A DNA stretch of 48,852 bases from positions 1 to 48,852 of the forward strand of contig CALBMH010000046.1 of the NCBI GenBank assembly GCA_937896365.1, in the 5' to 3' direction. Under the pieces are notes generated by a model. That model was not told where the DNA came from. It was given only the letters and a program-made list of their open reading frames with translations, and ran no database searches. Made by a program: the position numbers and the translations under genes. The stretch comes from an uncultured Alphaproteobacteria bacterium (GTDB lineage Bacteria; Pseudomonadota; Alphaproteobacteria; Paracaedibacterales; JAKBAR01). How positions within the stretch are numbered: position 1 is the first letter of the stretch; every line of letters begins with the position of its first letter. Below are positions 1 to 10,595 of this stretch, one piece after another.

Positions 1-1
1 C

Positions 2-757
2 ACAAAGCTCTTTACTTTGCTGAATGGAGGTTTCGATGGCGTTCAAGAGACGATGTGTCTCATCATCTCTATCCTCTTTTTCTTCCAATCTTTCTGACAA
101 AATTTGGGTGTAATTAGAGATCTGGCGTAGAGGTTGGATGAGGTCATGGGAAAAGATAAGAGAAAAATTCTGTAACATTGCATTACTCTCAGCAAGACCT
201 TGCTGTTTAAAAAGAACCTGTTTGCGCTGTGTAATATCCTCACAAAAAACAATACATCCGTGAAGAGTTTCTTGATGGGTATAAATGGGGAAAGATTCAA
301 AGCGCACCCAGCGCTCTTTTCCTTTGTGGCTAAGAGAAAGCTTCATATTTTCACTGCGTGTGCGCTGTCCTTTGAGTGTTTTTTGGATGATGCGCAAAAA
401 CGTTGCAGGGCAGTGGGTTGCTACGTCATGAAGGTAGTGGCCCGCAATTTTAAGACTGCTCTTGGGATCCATCATGCATGCTTTAAACCACTTGTCCCAA
501 GAGCGACTCACGGCTTGAAATTTCATCTCTTTATCTAAAAACGCTATGGCCACAGGAGCGTATGCGACAAATGATCGTGTATAGTGCCACATGAGTTTAT
601 CAATGGAAGAAGGACTTAACCCTTGCCCATTATGGAGAGCAAGTTCGGTTACAAGGGGCTGCATAAATGACAAAAGCCCATTGTTCTTTTTTTCAAAAGC
701 TTCGAACATTTTCTTTGCTGAGGAGCTGCATGGGAGGACGGAGGCCATGTTTTTCAT
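2..757 (-). CDS. PAS-domain sensor histidine kinase, 5' part only (runs off the left edge; absent from the ORF track)
   Basis: Manual translation from ATG 757 stays open to the window edge. It shows a PAS-like region (APVAIAFLDKEMKFQAVSRSW...RWVRFESFPI...CIVFCEDITQRKQ) followed by a HisKA H-box (FSHDLIQPLRQISNY). Confidence 0.88.
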   Translation of the reverse strand, partial: MKNMASVLPCSSSAKKMFEAFEKKNNGLLSFMQPLVTELALHNGQGLSPSSIDKLMWHYTRSFVAYAPVAIAFLDKEMKFQAVSRSWDKWFKACMMDPKSSLKIAGHYLHDVATHCPATFLRIIQKTLKGQRTRSENMKLSLSHKGKERWVRFESFPIYTHQETLHGCIVFCEDITQRKQVLFKQQGLAESNAMLQNFSLIFSHDLIQPLRQISNYTQILSERLEEKEDRDDETHRLLNAIETSIQQSKELC

Positions 758-867
758 ACCTTATAGGGGCTCTTTGTTGTCGTTATAGATTTATGCTGTG
801 GAAAAAACAATATGTTTTGGGGGCGTTAGTGTGTCATTTTTTGGAATTGAGTTGTTAATCGTAAATT

Positions 868-882
868 TTAATCTTATCGTAA
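868..882. promoter_or_regulatory. Near-consensus CtrA box in the kinase/yqgE divergent region
   Basis: TTAA-TCTTATC-GTAA, one mismatch to TTAA-N7-TTAA. Confidence 0.35.
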
Positions 883-929
883 CTTTTGTTCTCTATCATC
901 AATGGTATGAGGTTGTGTGCGAGTATCCT

Positions 930-1532
930 ATGGTCGGTTTTTTTAAATTCCACAGGAACGATGAGAAGTCTTTCTTGAAGGGGTATCTGACAGGGCAGAT
1001 ACTGGTTTCATCACCATTTATGAACGATGCACGTTTTCATAGCGCTGTGATTTACATGTGTGGGCATGACAGGAACGGTGCGATGGGATTTATTATTAAC
1101 AAGCCGTTGCCAAATATTCGGTTTCGTGATCTCTTGGATCAACTTCATATCAAGCATAAAGGAACGACGCTTGAGCTTCCTGTTTACTACGGCGGACCCG
1201 TTGAGGTGGGTCGGGGTTTCGTGCTTCACACATCTGACTATCACCATCCTTCCACTGTGAAAATTAATGAGGAATTTGCCATTACAGCAACATTAGAGAT
1301 TCTCAAGGTTATCGCTGATCAAGAAGGGCCCGAGCAATCGCTCTTGACCCTGGGGTATACAGGATGGTCAGCAGGACAGCTGGAGCAAGAAATCCAAGAA
1401 AACCAGTGGCTTGTCCTCAAAGGAACCAAGGATTTTGTTTATAAAACAATGGTGGATACAATGTGGAATAAAGCTTATGAAAATTTAGGTATTGATCCGC
1501 ACTTGATGACTTTGGAGTCAGGGCGAGCATAA
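930..1532 (+). CDS. yqgE: YqgE/AlgH (DUF179) family protein
   Basis: Motifs F..AVIYMCGHDRNGAMGFIINKP, VYYGGPVEVGRGFVLH and LGYTGWSAGQLEQEIQENQW. ATG 930 is preferred over 798. Confidence 0.92.
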   Translation: MVGFFKFHRNDEKSFLKGYLTGQILVSSPFMNDARFHSAVIYMCGHDRNGAMGFIINKPLPNIRFRDLLDQLHIKHKGTTLELPVYYGGPVEVGRGFVLHTSDYHHPSTVKINEEFAITATLEILKVIADQEGPEQSLLTLGYTGWSAGQLEQEIQENQWLVLKGTKDFVYKTMVDTMWNKAYENLGIDPHLMTLESGRA

Positions 1533-1587
1533 CTTTTGGAAGATTGAAAACTTGGGGGTGCTCAAAACTTGGAAGGACTAGGCTCTT

Positions 1588-2916
1588 TTACTTCTCTATG
1601 ACGTGTTGGAGCATCAAGAATGTGTCGTCAAAGGAAGTGACCTCATGGGGAGATTGGCGTAAAAACGCCACAAAAGGAGAATGGAGTTGGATAGCTCTGT
1701 CTACGTCGGCGTTGCTTCCTGGTTGGAAGGCACCCAGACGAATGAGATCAGCCATATCGTCATAGATGCTGAGTAATTTTTTTGCCTCCGTCATCATCCT
1801 TTTTTGCCTATCATCCAGTGCTACAGACGTGAGACGTGAGATACTTTTAAGAACATTGATGGCTGGATACTGCCCACGTTCAGCAAGGCTACGGTCGAGA
1901 AAAATGTGACCATCCAAAATACCACGCAAAGTGTCGGAGATGGGCTCATTGGGATCATCGCCGTCAACGAGGACACTGAAGAAGGCTGTGATGGTGCCAC
2001 TCCCCTCTAAACCAGGGCCTGCCCGTTCACAGAGTTGCGCCAGTTCAAAAAATGTACTTGGGGGGTAGCCTTTCGTTGTTGGCGGCTCACCTGCTGAGAG
2101 GCCGATCTCCCGTTGGGCCATGGCAAAGCGTGTGAGGCTATCGATGATACATAGGACATTCAGCCCCCGATCACGAAAATATTCCGCGATTGCAAGCGTT
2201 GTGTAAGCCGCTTGGCGTCGCGCAAGCGGAGGGTCATTGGATGTGGCGACCACAAGAATACTTTTCCGGAGACCCTTTGGACCCAGTGTATCTTCAATAA
2301 ACTCGCGCACCTCGCGACTGCGTTCACCGATGAGACCTATGATACAGACGTCACAAAGAGTATTGCGCGCAAGCATCGATAAAAGAACCGATTTACCAAT
2401 ACCAGATCCAGCAAAAATTCCCAAGCGTTGCCCTTTGCATGCGGGAACAAAAGCGTTGAGGGCTCTTACACCAAGATCGATGGGTTGGTAAACTTTTTGT
2501 CTTTGCGTTGCGGATAGAGGTCTGGCTTTTGTACTTATAAGATAAGGCCCTTTGATAAGGTGCCCCTTGGCGTCAATAGGCATGGCAAAAGCATCAAGAG
2601 TGCGTCCGAGCCATTCTTCACAAGGTGCAATAGAATGGGTGCTTTTATGATAGTGGATTCTATCGCCGATGCTTAAGCCTGAGATGGGTGTTGCTAGCAG
2701 GATGGTTGCTTTCTTGTCCTTCAACGCAACAACCTCACCTTGGAACGCTGTATTATTCTTCAAGATGGTTACTTTTGATGCAATACAGATGTCGTTATGA
2801 TCGGCAGATCCTATGACAGACATGCCATGAATGTCGGTAATTTTACCGTAAATCTCATACGCACTGACTGTACCCAGCGACGTTTCAAGGTGTTGAAGAA
2901 AGAGTCTCGTTGTCAT
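1588..2916 (-). CDS. fliI: Flagellar export ATPase FliI
   Basis: Walker A (GQRLGIFAGSGIGKS), IGERSREVREF, DSLTRFAMAQREIGLSAGEPPTTKGYPPS. Divergent from ctrA as in other alphaproteobacteria. Start placed at ATG 2916. Confidence 0.95.
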   Translation of the reverse strand: MTTRLFLQHLETSLGTVSAYEIYGKITDIHGMSVIGSADHNDICIASKVTILKNNTAFQGEVVALKDKKATILLATPISGLSIGDRIHYHKSTHSIAPCEEWLGRTLDAFAMPIDAKGHLIKGPYLISTKARPLSATQRQKVYQPIDLGVRALNAFVPACKGQRLGIFAGSGIGKSVLLSMLARNTLCDVCIIGLIGERSREVREFIEDTLGPKGLRKSILVVATSNDPPLARRQAAYTTLAIAEYFRDRGLNVLCIIDSLTRFAMAQREIGLSAGEPPTTKGYPPSTFFELAQLCERAGPGLEGSGTITAFFSVLVDGDDPNEPISDTLRGILDGHIFLDRSLAERGQYPAINVLKSISRLTSVALDDRQKRMMTEAKKLLSIYDDMADLIRLGAFQPGSNADVDRAIQLHSPFVAFLRQSPHEVTSFDDTFLMLQHVIEK

Positions 2917-2993
2917 AGGATCAAGAGGGGTATCCTCCGCTTTGTGCCTTGGAAAGCTTTCCCCTACATGCAAGCACAGAGTGCAGTAAAAAG

Positions 2994-3040
2994 TAAAGAA
3001 ATGGTTAATTTCTAGGTAAAAAAAGTTAAATATTTATTTA
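2994..3040. promoter_or_regulatory. Cluster of CtrA-like boxes in the fliI/ctrA promoter region
   Basis: TAAA-N7-TTAA (2994-3008, containing ATGGTTAA, the reverse complement of half-site TTAACCAT), TTAA-N7-GTAA (3005-3019) and TTAA-N7-TTTA (3026-3040). Confidence 0.6.
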
Positions 3041-3102
3041 GGTTCCCCCATCTTTTTTTTGTTAGCATGAAATTAAACATCGTTAATGAGATGAGGACTT
3101 TA

Positions 3103-3849
3103 ATGCGTGTTCTTTTAATAGAGGATGACTCAGCAACAGCTAAAGTGCTTGAGGCGACTTTAAGATCCGAGGGCTTTGTTGTTGATATTACTGACCTTGG
3201 TGAGGATGGGCTGGAAATTGGCAAGATCTACGAATACGACGCTATTATTCTTGATCTCGTTTTGCCTGATATGAATGGTTATGAAGTTCTCAAGCGTTTA
3301 AGAGCATCACAAATTAGAACACCTATCCTTATTCTCTCTGGGCTTTCTGAAATTGATGACAAGGTTAAAGGTCTCGGTTTTGGTGCAGATGATTATCTAA
3401 CAAAGCCTTTCAATCGTGTGGAACTTTTGGCACGTGTTCATGCTATTGTGCGCCGCTCACGAGGACATTCAGAATCCATGATCCGTACGGGGCGTCTCCT
3501 TATCAATCTTCAAAGTCGCATCGCGAGTGTGGATGGAGTAGCGCTTCCTTTGACGGGAAAAGAATATGGTATTTTGGAGCTCTTATCTCTTCGCAAAGGC
3601 AATACACTCACAAAAGAAATGTTTTTGAACCATTTATACGGTGGGATGGATGAGCCTGAACTTAAGATTATTGACGTCTTCATTTGTAAACTACGCCGCA
3701 AACTCTCCGAAGCTCTTGGAACTGATGACTACGTCCAAACGGTATGGGGAAGGGGATATGTCTTGCGCGATCCACAAGTGGCTGTCGAAGAACATGTGAT
3801 GACAGCTTCTCTAAAGTCTTCCAAAAATCTAGAACAAATGGCAGGGTAA
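3103..3849 (+). CDS. ctrA: Cell-cycle master response regulator CtrA
   Basis: [13 protein letters not shown]...[17 protein letters not shown]...[33 protein letters not shown]...[11 protein letters not shown] is the CtrA signature. GAGGA RBS precedes ATG 3103. Confidence 0.96.
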   Translation: MRVLLIEDDSATAKVLEATLRSEGFVVDITDLGEDGLEIGKIYEYDAIILDLVLPDMNGYEVLKRLRASQIRTPILILSGLSEIDDKVKGLGFGADDYLTKPFNRVELLARVHAIVRRSRGHSESMIRTGRLLINLQSRIASVDGVALPLTGKEYGILELLSLRKGNTLTKEMFLNHLYGGMDEPELKIIDVFICKLRRKLSEALGTDDYVQTVWGRGYVLRDPQVAVEEHVMTASLKSSKNLEQMAG

Positions 3850-3928
3850 GTATCCTCTCACTTTTGTTTGACCATTTTACTCTTGACGACGGATATTAAA
3901 TTCCTGCATTAATACGTTGTCTTTCGTT

Positions 3929-4018
3929 GGATGGGTGGTCGAGTGGTTGAAGGCACCGGTCTTGAAAACCGGCAAGGGTGCAAGCTCTTCGTGGGTTCGA
4001 ATCCCACCCCATCCGCCA
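3929..4018 (+). tRNA. tRNA-Ser(TGA)
   Basis: Anticodon arm CCGGT-CTTGAAA-ACCGG, long variable arm, GGTTCGAATC T-loop, encoded CCA. Confidence 0.97.
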
Positions 4019-4122
4019 TTTTTATTTCCAATACAGTGTCTTTCGAGGTCAGTTAGGAGATTGTACATGAGGTTACTTTGAGACTTCATAGGATGTGGGA
4101 TAAACGGGAAGCAGTCCCCATA

Positions 4123-4707
4123 ATGTCTTGTACTCTAAACCCTTCGCCACACCATTTGTCTATTGAGTCAAAAAAGCATCGTGGTTATGTCGCCAGCATT
4201 GCAGGGAGAACCTACCGGTGTCTTGTGGGAAAGAAGGGGTTCCAATTAGCAAAAGATAAAGCTGAAGGAGATGGTTGTACACCTGTTGGGGTATTTCCTT
4301 TAAGACAACTTTTCTACAGACCTGATGTGTATGGAACAGGAGACTTAGTCACATCCCTTGAAACGCAGGTTATACAACCCTTTTTTGGGTGGTGTGACGC
4401 GTCTTCTCACCCAGACTATAACCGTTTGGTTGACTTGCGTCTGTTCGAGAAGGATATAAGTCACGAGAAAATGTGGCGTGAAGACCCTTTGTACAATATT
4501 GTGATCGCCATAGGCTATAACGATGATCCTGTTATAAAAGGGAAGGGAAGTGCGATTTTTATTCATCTTGCGCGTGAGGGGTACAGGGGGACGAGAGGCT
4601 GCATCGCCTTATCAGAATCTGATATGAGGGAAGTTATAACCTACCTATCACCAGGATCAATGATCGTCATTGAGGGGGAGACACCAAGCCCTAGTCTTCA
4701 ATCCTAG
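4123..4707 (+). CDS. L,D-transpeptidase (YkuD-like) family protein
   Basis: EGDGCTPVG, YND.PV..GKGSAIFIH and catalytic GTRGCIAL. Start uncertain (4078-4123). Confidence 0.88.
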   Translation: MSCTLNPSPHHLSIESKKHRGYVASIAGRTYRCLVGKKGFQLAKDKAEGDGCTPVGVFPLRQLFYRPDVYGTGDLVTSLETQVIQPFFGWCDASSHPDYNRLVDLRLFEKDISHEKMWREDPLYNIVIAIGYNDDPVIKGKGSAIFIHLAREGYRGTRGCIALSESDMREVITYLSPGSMIVIEGETPSPSLQS

Positions 4708-4775
4708 CCTTCTCTCGCGCTGCTATCCAACAGCAGTACATCGCCGGGGGTATGGTTCGCTGTTGAAGAAGCTGA

Positions 4776-6200
4776 TTAGCTCACGATCTTATCGTTGATA
4801 GCGAGAACGTATTCTCCTTTTTCGGGGCGTGATGAGATTTTTGATTCGATCGTTTTCTTGAAAGATACGAACTGAGTGAGGTCTTTTTTTGCAAGTTTAT
4901 GGGAAGGCATTGTTTTAATGCTGTTAGGATTGATATGCTTTCCTTTAAAGAGCAAACCGTAGTGGAGGTGTGGACCTGTCGTCGATCCTGTTGACCCAAC
5001 ATGCCCGATGACCTGCCCTTGTGACACCTTCGCTCCCACTTTAATACCAGGAATAATCTTGGATAAATGGGCATACTCCGTTGTATAGTCCCCATGTTTA
5101 ATAGACACATACAGCCCAAAGTCGCCCCAGTACTGGGCTTTGGTCACAACTCCAGCACCCGCTGCAACGACCCGTGTACCATGAGGAGCCCCAAAGTCAA
5201 TGCCTTTGTGAAAAATAGTATAGTTTTTTAATGGATGCATACGATTCCCAAAACCTGATGTGATGCGCAGTCTCGTCACATCTAAGGGCGAACGTAAAAA
5301 TCCCCTAACAACGCATTCTCCTTTATGATTATAGAACGAAACGCCATTCGGTCCTTCATACCGATAAATTTGTTTGAGTTGCCCTCCTGGTGCAAAAGCT
5401 GCATAGAGAAGATTACCGTACTTGACGATCTTACCTGCCTTGTCTTTATACACTTCGTACAAGATAGCAAAATTATTACCATGTTTCGGTTCGTGTTGAA
5501 AATTGACTTCATAAGAAAGAGCTTGAATAGCAGATTTCACAAGAGGAGAAGGCACTCCCTGGTTCACTGCGGCATTATAAAAGCTTGACTTGATTTTTCC
5601 GGCAACGCCTTCTACGCAGCGCTTAAGTTCAACGACCCGCTTTTTAGCGATGAACTTGCCATCTTCTTGCCAAAGAGCAATTTCCTGTTCAGGAGACGAC
5701 CGCCATTCCATTTTTGTGACAATGAATTCTTTACTAATGGGGTCTTTTCTGACAGTGATTTTGATCCCTTGCCCAATTTTCAGTTTCTTAGGATCGTATA
5801 CTTTCTTAATAGCGTCAACCGCAACCTGTGCATGGGATTTGCTTGCACCAGCAGTAACGAGCATACTCTTAAGGGTATCGCCTTTGCCAACAACGAGCAG
5901 TTTCTCTTTATCTCCTTCGTCTTCCTCAACGACTTTTGTTTGTAGAGTGAGATTCGGTTTTTGGACAGGCGCTTTTTTGTCTGCAGGCAACAGGCCGCTG
6001 TCTTGTTCATCTTCTATGGATGAGAATTCTGGAAAAGAAGCGGATCCTGCGTCTTGTTCATCAGCTTCTGCGGTATTCCCATCTATATACGTTGGAGTGA
6101 GGTATGTCAGGTAGTCATGGACTGCAAGAGACACTGCAAGGATAAGGCTGCATACACTGACGACATATCGCTTGGGTATGTTGCGGAAGAACTCTAGCAA
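4776..6200 (-). CDS. M23 family peptidoglycan DD-endopeptidase (MepM/NlpD-like) with N-terminal membrane anchor
   Basis: HKGIDFGAP, YAHLS and STGPHLHY zinc motifs, LysM-like VGKGDTL. TTG start with GGGGAG RBS. Confidence 0.93.
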   Translation of the reverse strand: MLEFFRNIPKRYVVSVCSLILAVSLAVHDYLTYLTPTYIDGNTAEADEQDAGSASFPEFSSIEDEQDSGLLPADKKAPVQKPNLTLQTKVVEEDEGDKEKLLVVGKGDTLKSMLVTAGASKSHAQVAVDAIKKVYDPKKLKIGQGIKITVRKDPISKEFIVTKMEWRSSPEQEIALWQEDGKFIAKKRVVELKRCVEGVAGKIKSSFYNAAVNQGVPSPLVKSAIQALSYEVNFQHEPKHGNNFAILYEVYKDKAGKIVKYGNLLYAAFAPGGQLKQIYRYEGPNGVSFYNHKGECVVRGFLRSPLDVTRLRITSGFGNRMHPLKNYTIFHKGIDFGAPHGTRVVAAGAGVVTKAQYWGDFGLYVSIKHGDYTTEYAHLSKIIPGIKVGAKVSQGQVIGHVGSTGSTTGPHLHYGLLFKGKHINPNSIKTMPSHKLAKKDLTQFVSFKKTIESKISSRPEKGEYVLAINDKIVS

Positions 6201-6396
6201 GTCACACTCCCCTCTTATTGCTCACAAACAAATTAGTTATGAACTAAAAACTTCCGTGAGAAGGTTTTTATAAAATTTCGCTAAAAAAACCAAACACGCT
6301 CTGACCATGCCACGCTTCTGTCTTGTCGTCAACTCTTAAGAGTCAGAGCTTTTCCTAATCTCGTTACAATCTCTTAACAACAGTGCGTTACTTAAC

Positions 6397-7404
6397 CTAC
6401 ATTTCTGTTAAAGGCCAACGAGGCCGTGGCTCAAAGGACAGATCATGGGTGAGTCCTTGCTTGAAACGCTCGACACCTGCCCACGCTATCATCGCCGCAT
6501 TGTCAGTACAAAGATCCAAGGGCGGAGCGTACGCTGTCATAGTATGAGCTCTTGCAACTTCTTTAAGGGCTCCATAGATCGCTTTGTTCGCGGCCACTCC
6601 TCCTGCAATTACAAGGGATGTAGTAGGTACGCGCAGCATATTCACAGCATGATGTGTACGGTCAACAATGCAGTCAATGACAGCTTGTTGGAAGCTCGCG
6701 CAGATATCTTCTCGTGATGCATAGGGGTTTTGTTGAATAAAATGACGCACTGCCGTTTTAAGACCTGAAAAAGAGAAATCACATCCGGCACGTCTGAGCA
6801 GAGGCCTTGGAAAATTGAAAGCTCCGGGGTTACCTGAAAGGGCAAGCTTTTCAATGTGGGGGCCGCCGGGATAGGGGAGATGGAGCATACTGGCAACCTT
6901 ATCAAAAGCTTCGCCAGCGGCGTCATCAATGGTTTGCCCCAAAAGTCGATAGTCACCAAGACTACGGACATCGATGAATTGGCAGTGTCCTCCTGAGGCG
7001 AGCAAGAGGAGATATGGAAAACCAAGTTTGTGGGTGAGACGAATCGTCAGCGCATGCCCTTCTAAATGATTGATAGCGATGAATGGCTTGCCTAAGGATG
7101 CGGCAAGCCCTTTACCGTACATAGCGCCTACGACAATACCACCAATAAGCCCTGGCCCACAGGTTGCTGCGATTGCGCTGATTTCCTCCAATTTGATAGA
7201 CGCTTTCGTGAGTGCTTCCTCGACAAGGGGGGAGAGCTTTTCTAAGTGCGCACGTGCTGCAAGTTCGGGGACAACGCCACCGTAGGCTTTGTGATCTTCT
7301 ACCTGTGAATGCAGCAAGCTAACAAGAATATTCCCGTCGCCATTCACAACGGCAACAGCTGTTTCATCACAGCTCGTTTCAATGCCTAGAATGAGTTTTG
7401 TCAC
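6397..7404 (-). CDS. tsaD: tRNA N6-adenosine threonylcarbamoyltransferase TsaD
   Basis: ILGIETSCDETA, GGVVPELAARAH, NHLEGH, SGGH, DDAAGEAFDK, CTDNAAMIA. GTG start at 7404 likely. Confidence 0.97.
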   Translation of the reverse strand: MTKLILGIETSCDETAVAVVNGDGNILVSLLHSQVEDHKAYGGVVPELAARAHLEKLSPLVEEALTKASIKLEEISAIAATCGPGLIGGIVVGAMYGKGLAASLGKPFIAINHLEGHALTIRLTHKLGFPYLLLLASGGHCQFIDVRSLGDYRLLGQTIDDAAGEAFDKVASMLHLPYPGGPHIEKLALSGNPGAFNFPRPLLRRAGCDFSFSGLKTAVRHFIQQNPYASREDICASFQQAVIDCIVDRTHHAVNMLRVPTTSLVIAGGVAANKAIYGALKEVARAHTMTAYAPPLDLCTDNAAMIAWAGVERFKQGLTHDLSFEPRPRWPLTEM

Positions 7405-7620
7405 TTTCTTTTTCGACCTTCGGCGAGCATACAAGTTTCAACGCTATGCCAGAGTACCTTATCAGACAAGCTTAGATAAGTGGAGACTCATGTAGCAAGA
7501 TCATACTTTTTTAGAGCCTTTTCATGGGTGTTTTTCTAGCCCTGTTCTGTACTTCCACTCCCATTTCCTTTCTTTTTTCTGTTACACTACACAAAAATTC
7601 ATTCTCTGACTCTAGGGTAC

Positions 7621-9060
7621 ATGACAGATCCTGTTATCACACGCTTTGCGCCTTCCCCCACAGGCTATTTGCATATTGGAGGTGCTCGCACCGCTCTTTT
7701 TAACTGGCTCTTTGCGAAACATTTTGGGGGTATGTTCTATTTGCGCATCGAAGACACCGACGTCGTTCGCTCGACGCAGGAGGCTGTGGATGTTATATTT
7801 GCCTCTTTGCGTTGGCTCGGTTTAGATTGGGATGGTGAGGTTGTGTTTCAGCTTCAAAGGGCCGCACGCCACCAAGAAGTCGCCCACAAACTTTTGGCCG
7901 AGGGTAAGGCGTATTACTGTTACTGCACCGCTGAAGAGCTGGAAGCCATGCGCGCTTTGGCAAGGGAAGAGGGCAAAAATCCACGTTATAACGGTTTGTG
8001 GCGTAACCGCGATCCCAAAGAGGCTCCTTGGGATGTTAAGCCAGTGATTCGCCTCAAAGCTCCACAATCCGGAAAGACTGTTGTGGAGGATCACGTTCAA
8101 GGTTATGTGGAAGTGAACAACGAACAGCTCGATGACATGGTGTTGCTCCGCTCCGATGGTACACCGACCTATATGCTCTCTGTTGTGGTCGATGATCACG
8201 ATATGGGTATTACGCACGTCATTCGTGGCGATGATCATTTTACCAACACGTTTCGTCAAAAGCAGTTATATGAGGCCTGTGGTTGGCATGTGCCCGAGTT
8301 TGCTCACATTCCCCTCATCCACGGACCCGATGGTTCCAAGCTCTCCAAGCGCCATGGTTCTCTTGGGACAGAACACTACAAGAACATGGGGTTCCTTCCT
8401 GAAGCTATGTGTAATTATCTTCTGCGTCTTGGTTGGGGGCATGGCGATGAGGAAATCGTTCCAACACCCCGTGCCATTGAGCTTTTTGATTTATCAGGCA
8501 TTGGCAAGTCACCCTCGCGCTTTGATAGTGTGAAACTCACACATCTTAATGGTCACTACATACGAGAAAGGGATAATAAAACGCTTATGGGAGAGCTGAT
8601 ACCGTTCATTGAAAAACGTGGGCATACACTGACACCCGTTTATACAGAGCGCATTCTCAAAGGGATGGACGGTCTCAAACAACGTGCGAAAACGTTGGTT
8701 GAATTGGCAGAGATAGCAGCGCTGTACATCGCCACCCTTCCGTTTGATGATAAAGCCGCAAGACTCTTCACAGCTGATCTTAAACAGATTTTGGAAAAAA
8801 TCGCCGCCCTTTTAACAGATGAAGCAGACTTTTCTCATGCAGGGCTTGAAGCTCTTTTTCGAGCACAGTCTAAAGCATGGGAGGTTAAGCTTGGGGATAT
8901 GGCGCAAGCTGTGCGCATCGCTCTTACAGGACGGACAGTTTCCCCCAGTATTTTTGAGGTGATGGAGATCTTAGGCAAGGCGGAATCATTAGACCGAATG
9001 GTAATGTCTTTGACACGCTTCCCTGAACGCGCTATAGTCTCCTCGACTTCGGCGGAGTAG
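7621..9060 (+). CDS. gltX: Glutamate--tRNA ligase
   Basis: TRFAPSPTGYLHIGG (HIGH), LRIEDTD, KLSKR (KMSKS). The stop codon lies inside the downstream tRNA gene. Confidence 0.97.
   Translation: MTDPVITRFAPSPTGYLHIGGARTALFNWLFAKHFGGMFYLRIEDTDVVRSTQEAVDVIFASLRWLGLDWDGEVVFQLQRAARHQEVAHKLLAEGKAYYCYCTAEELEAMRALAREEGKNPRYNGLWRNRDPKEAPWDVKPVIRLKAPQSGKTVVEDHVQGYVEVNNEQLDDMVLLRSDGTPTYMLSVVVDDHDMGITHVIRGDDHFTNTFRQKQLYEACGWHVPEFAHIPLIHGPDGSKLSKRHGSLGTEHYKNMGFLPEAMCNYLLRLGWGHGDEEIVPTPRAIELFDLSGIGKSPSRFDSVKLTHLNGHYIRERDNKTLMGELIPFIEKRGHTLTPVYTERILKGMDGLKQRAKTLVELAEIAALYIATLPFDDKAARLFTADLKQILEKIAALLTDEADFSHAGLEALFRAQSKAWEVKLGDMAQAVRIALTGRTVSPSIFEVMEILGKAESLDRMVMSLTRFPERAIVSSTSAE
9010..9038 (+). promoter_or_regulatory. 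Sigma70 promoter for tRNA-Met embedded in the gltX 3' end
   Basis: TTGACA (9010-9015), 17-nt spacer, TATAGT (9033-9038), 12 nt upstream of the tRNA. Confidence 0.8.
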
Positions 9061-9127
9061 CTCAGTTGGTTAGAGCAGCGGAATCATAATCCGCGTGTCG
9101 GGGGTTCGAGTCCCTCCTCCGCTACCA
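9051..9127 (+). tRNA. tRNA with CAT anticodon, probably elongator tRNA-Met (Ile2 not formally excluded)
   Basis: Anticodon arm GCGGA-ATCATAA-TCCGC, paired first acceptor position (not initiator type), CCA end. Confidence 0.93.
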
Positions 9128-9269
9128 TTCTTCTTAAATTGTGTTCATATTTTACCTCCTTTTAAGGTTTTTTTATTAGTCTTGAGTAAGAGCAGGCGAC
9201 TTGTCATTGTATGGAGCAAGGTGCCATCTTAAACTTTACGTCAATGCTTAACATGAGAGGAGATTGCGT

Positions 9270-10595
9270 ATGGGACCGGGAGTCGATACGAGAACGGTAA
9301 TGGTCACTTACGGAGGAAAGACCTTTGAGTTGCCTATTATAAGTGGAACATGTGGGCCTGATGTGGTTGATATTAGTCGACTTACAACGGGTACTGGTCT
9401 TTTTACCTATGATCCTGGATTCGTTGCCACAGCGAGTTGTGAATCCAAGATCACGTTCATTGATGGTGATGAAGGCGTTCTACTCTATCGAGGCTATTCT
9501 ATTGATGACCTTGCGAAAAAAAGTGATTTTATGGAAGTTGCCTATCTCCTTTTGAATGGGGAACTTCCCTCAGATGAGGAAAAGCAGGAATTTATTCATA
9601 ATATCACAACACACACACTGCTTCATGAGCAGATGAGAAGTTTTTATCAAGGATTTCGCCGTGATGCTCATCCTATGGCGATTATGGTGGGTGTTGTGGG
9701 AGCCCTCTCTGCTTTTTATCATGACAGCCTGGATATTCACGATCCGGCGCAGCGTGAACTTGCATCCTATCGCATGATTGCCAAAATGCCCACAATGGCA
9801 GCTATGGCTTATAAATACTCTATTGGCCAACCCTTTGTTTATCCGCGCAATCATCTGGACTATGCAAGTAATTTCCTCCACATGATGTTTTCAACTCCCT
9901 GCGAGGAATATCAGGTCGATCCTGTCTTTTCGAAGGCGATGGACCGTATTTTTATTCTCCATGCTGACCACGAGCAAAATGCCTCAACGTCCACCGTGCG
10001 TCTTGCAGGATCAAGCCAAGCAAATCCTTTTGCATGTATTGCTGCGGGTGTTGCAGCGCTGTGGGGGCCTGCCCATGGTGGAGCTAATGAAGCTGTCCTC
10101 AATATGCTGAGGCAAATCGGACATAAACGCAATATCTCCGATGCGATTAAGCGTGCTAAGGACAAAAGTGATCCCTTCCGGCTCATGGGTTTCGGCCATC
10201 GCGTGTATAAAAACTACGATCCTCGTGCAAAAATCATGTCTCACACCTGTCACGAAGTCCTTCACACTCTTGGAAAGAAAGATGATCCTCTTTTAGAGAT
10301 TGCACTAGAACTCGAAGAAATTGCTCTTAAAGATAGCTATTTTATTGAAAAAAAGCTCTATCCCAACGTGGATTTCTATTCCGGCATTATTTTTCAGGCG
10401 CTTGGTATCCCCACATCCATGTTCACAGTGCTCTTTGCTCTTGCCCGCACGGCTGGATGGGTTGCCCAATGGCATGAAATGATTGCTGACCCTATGCAGA
10501 AAATAGGGAGACCACGACAACTTTACAAAGGCTATGAAAAACGCCAATATGTCCCCATCTCTCACCGAGGAAAACAAAAGCAATTCATTGGATAA
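9270..10595 (+). CDS. gltA: Citrate synthase (type II)
   Basis: [72 protein letters not shown]. Confidence 0.97.
   Translation: MGPGVDTRTVMVTYGGKTFELPIISGTCGPDVVDISRLTTGTGLFTYDPGFVATASCESKITFIDGDEGVLLYRGYSIDDLAKKSDFMEVAYLLLNGELPSDEEKQEFIHNITTHTLLHEQMRSFYQGFRRDAHPMAIMVGVVGALSAFYHDSLDIHDPAQRELASYRMIAKMPTMAAMAYKYSIGQPFVYPRNHLDYASNFLHMMFSTPCEEYQVDPVFSKAMDRIFILHADHEQNASTSTVRLAGSSQANPFACIAAGVAALWGPAHGGANEAVLNMLRQIGHKRNISDAIKRAKDKSDPFRLMGFGHRVYKNYDPRAKIMSHTCHEVLHTLGKKDDPLLEIALELEEIALKDSYFIEKKLYPNVDFYSGIIFQALGIPTSMFTVLFALARTAGWVAQWHEMIADPMQKIGRPRQLYKGYEKRQYVPISHRGKQKQFIG

Noticed and set aside
3877-4089. ORFs overlapping tRNA genes (also 19423-19911 N-terminus and 44604-44792)
   Set aside because: Artefacts of reading through tRNA sequences.
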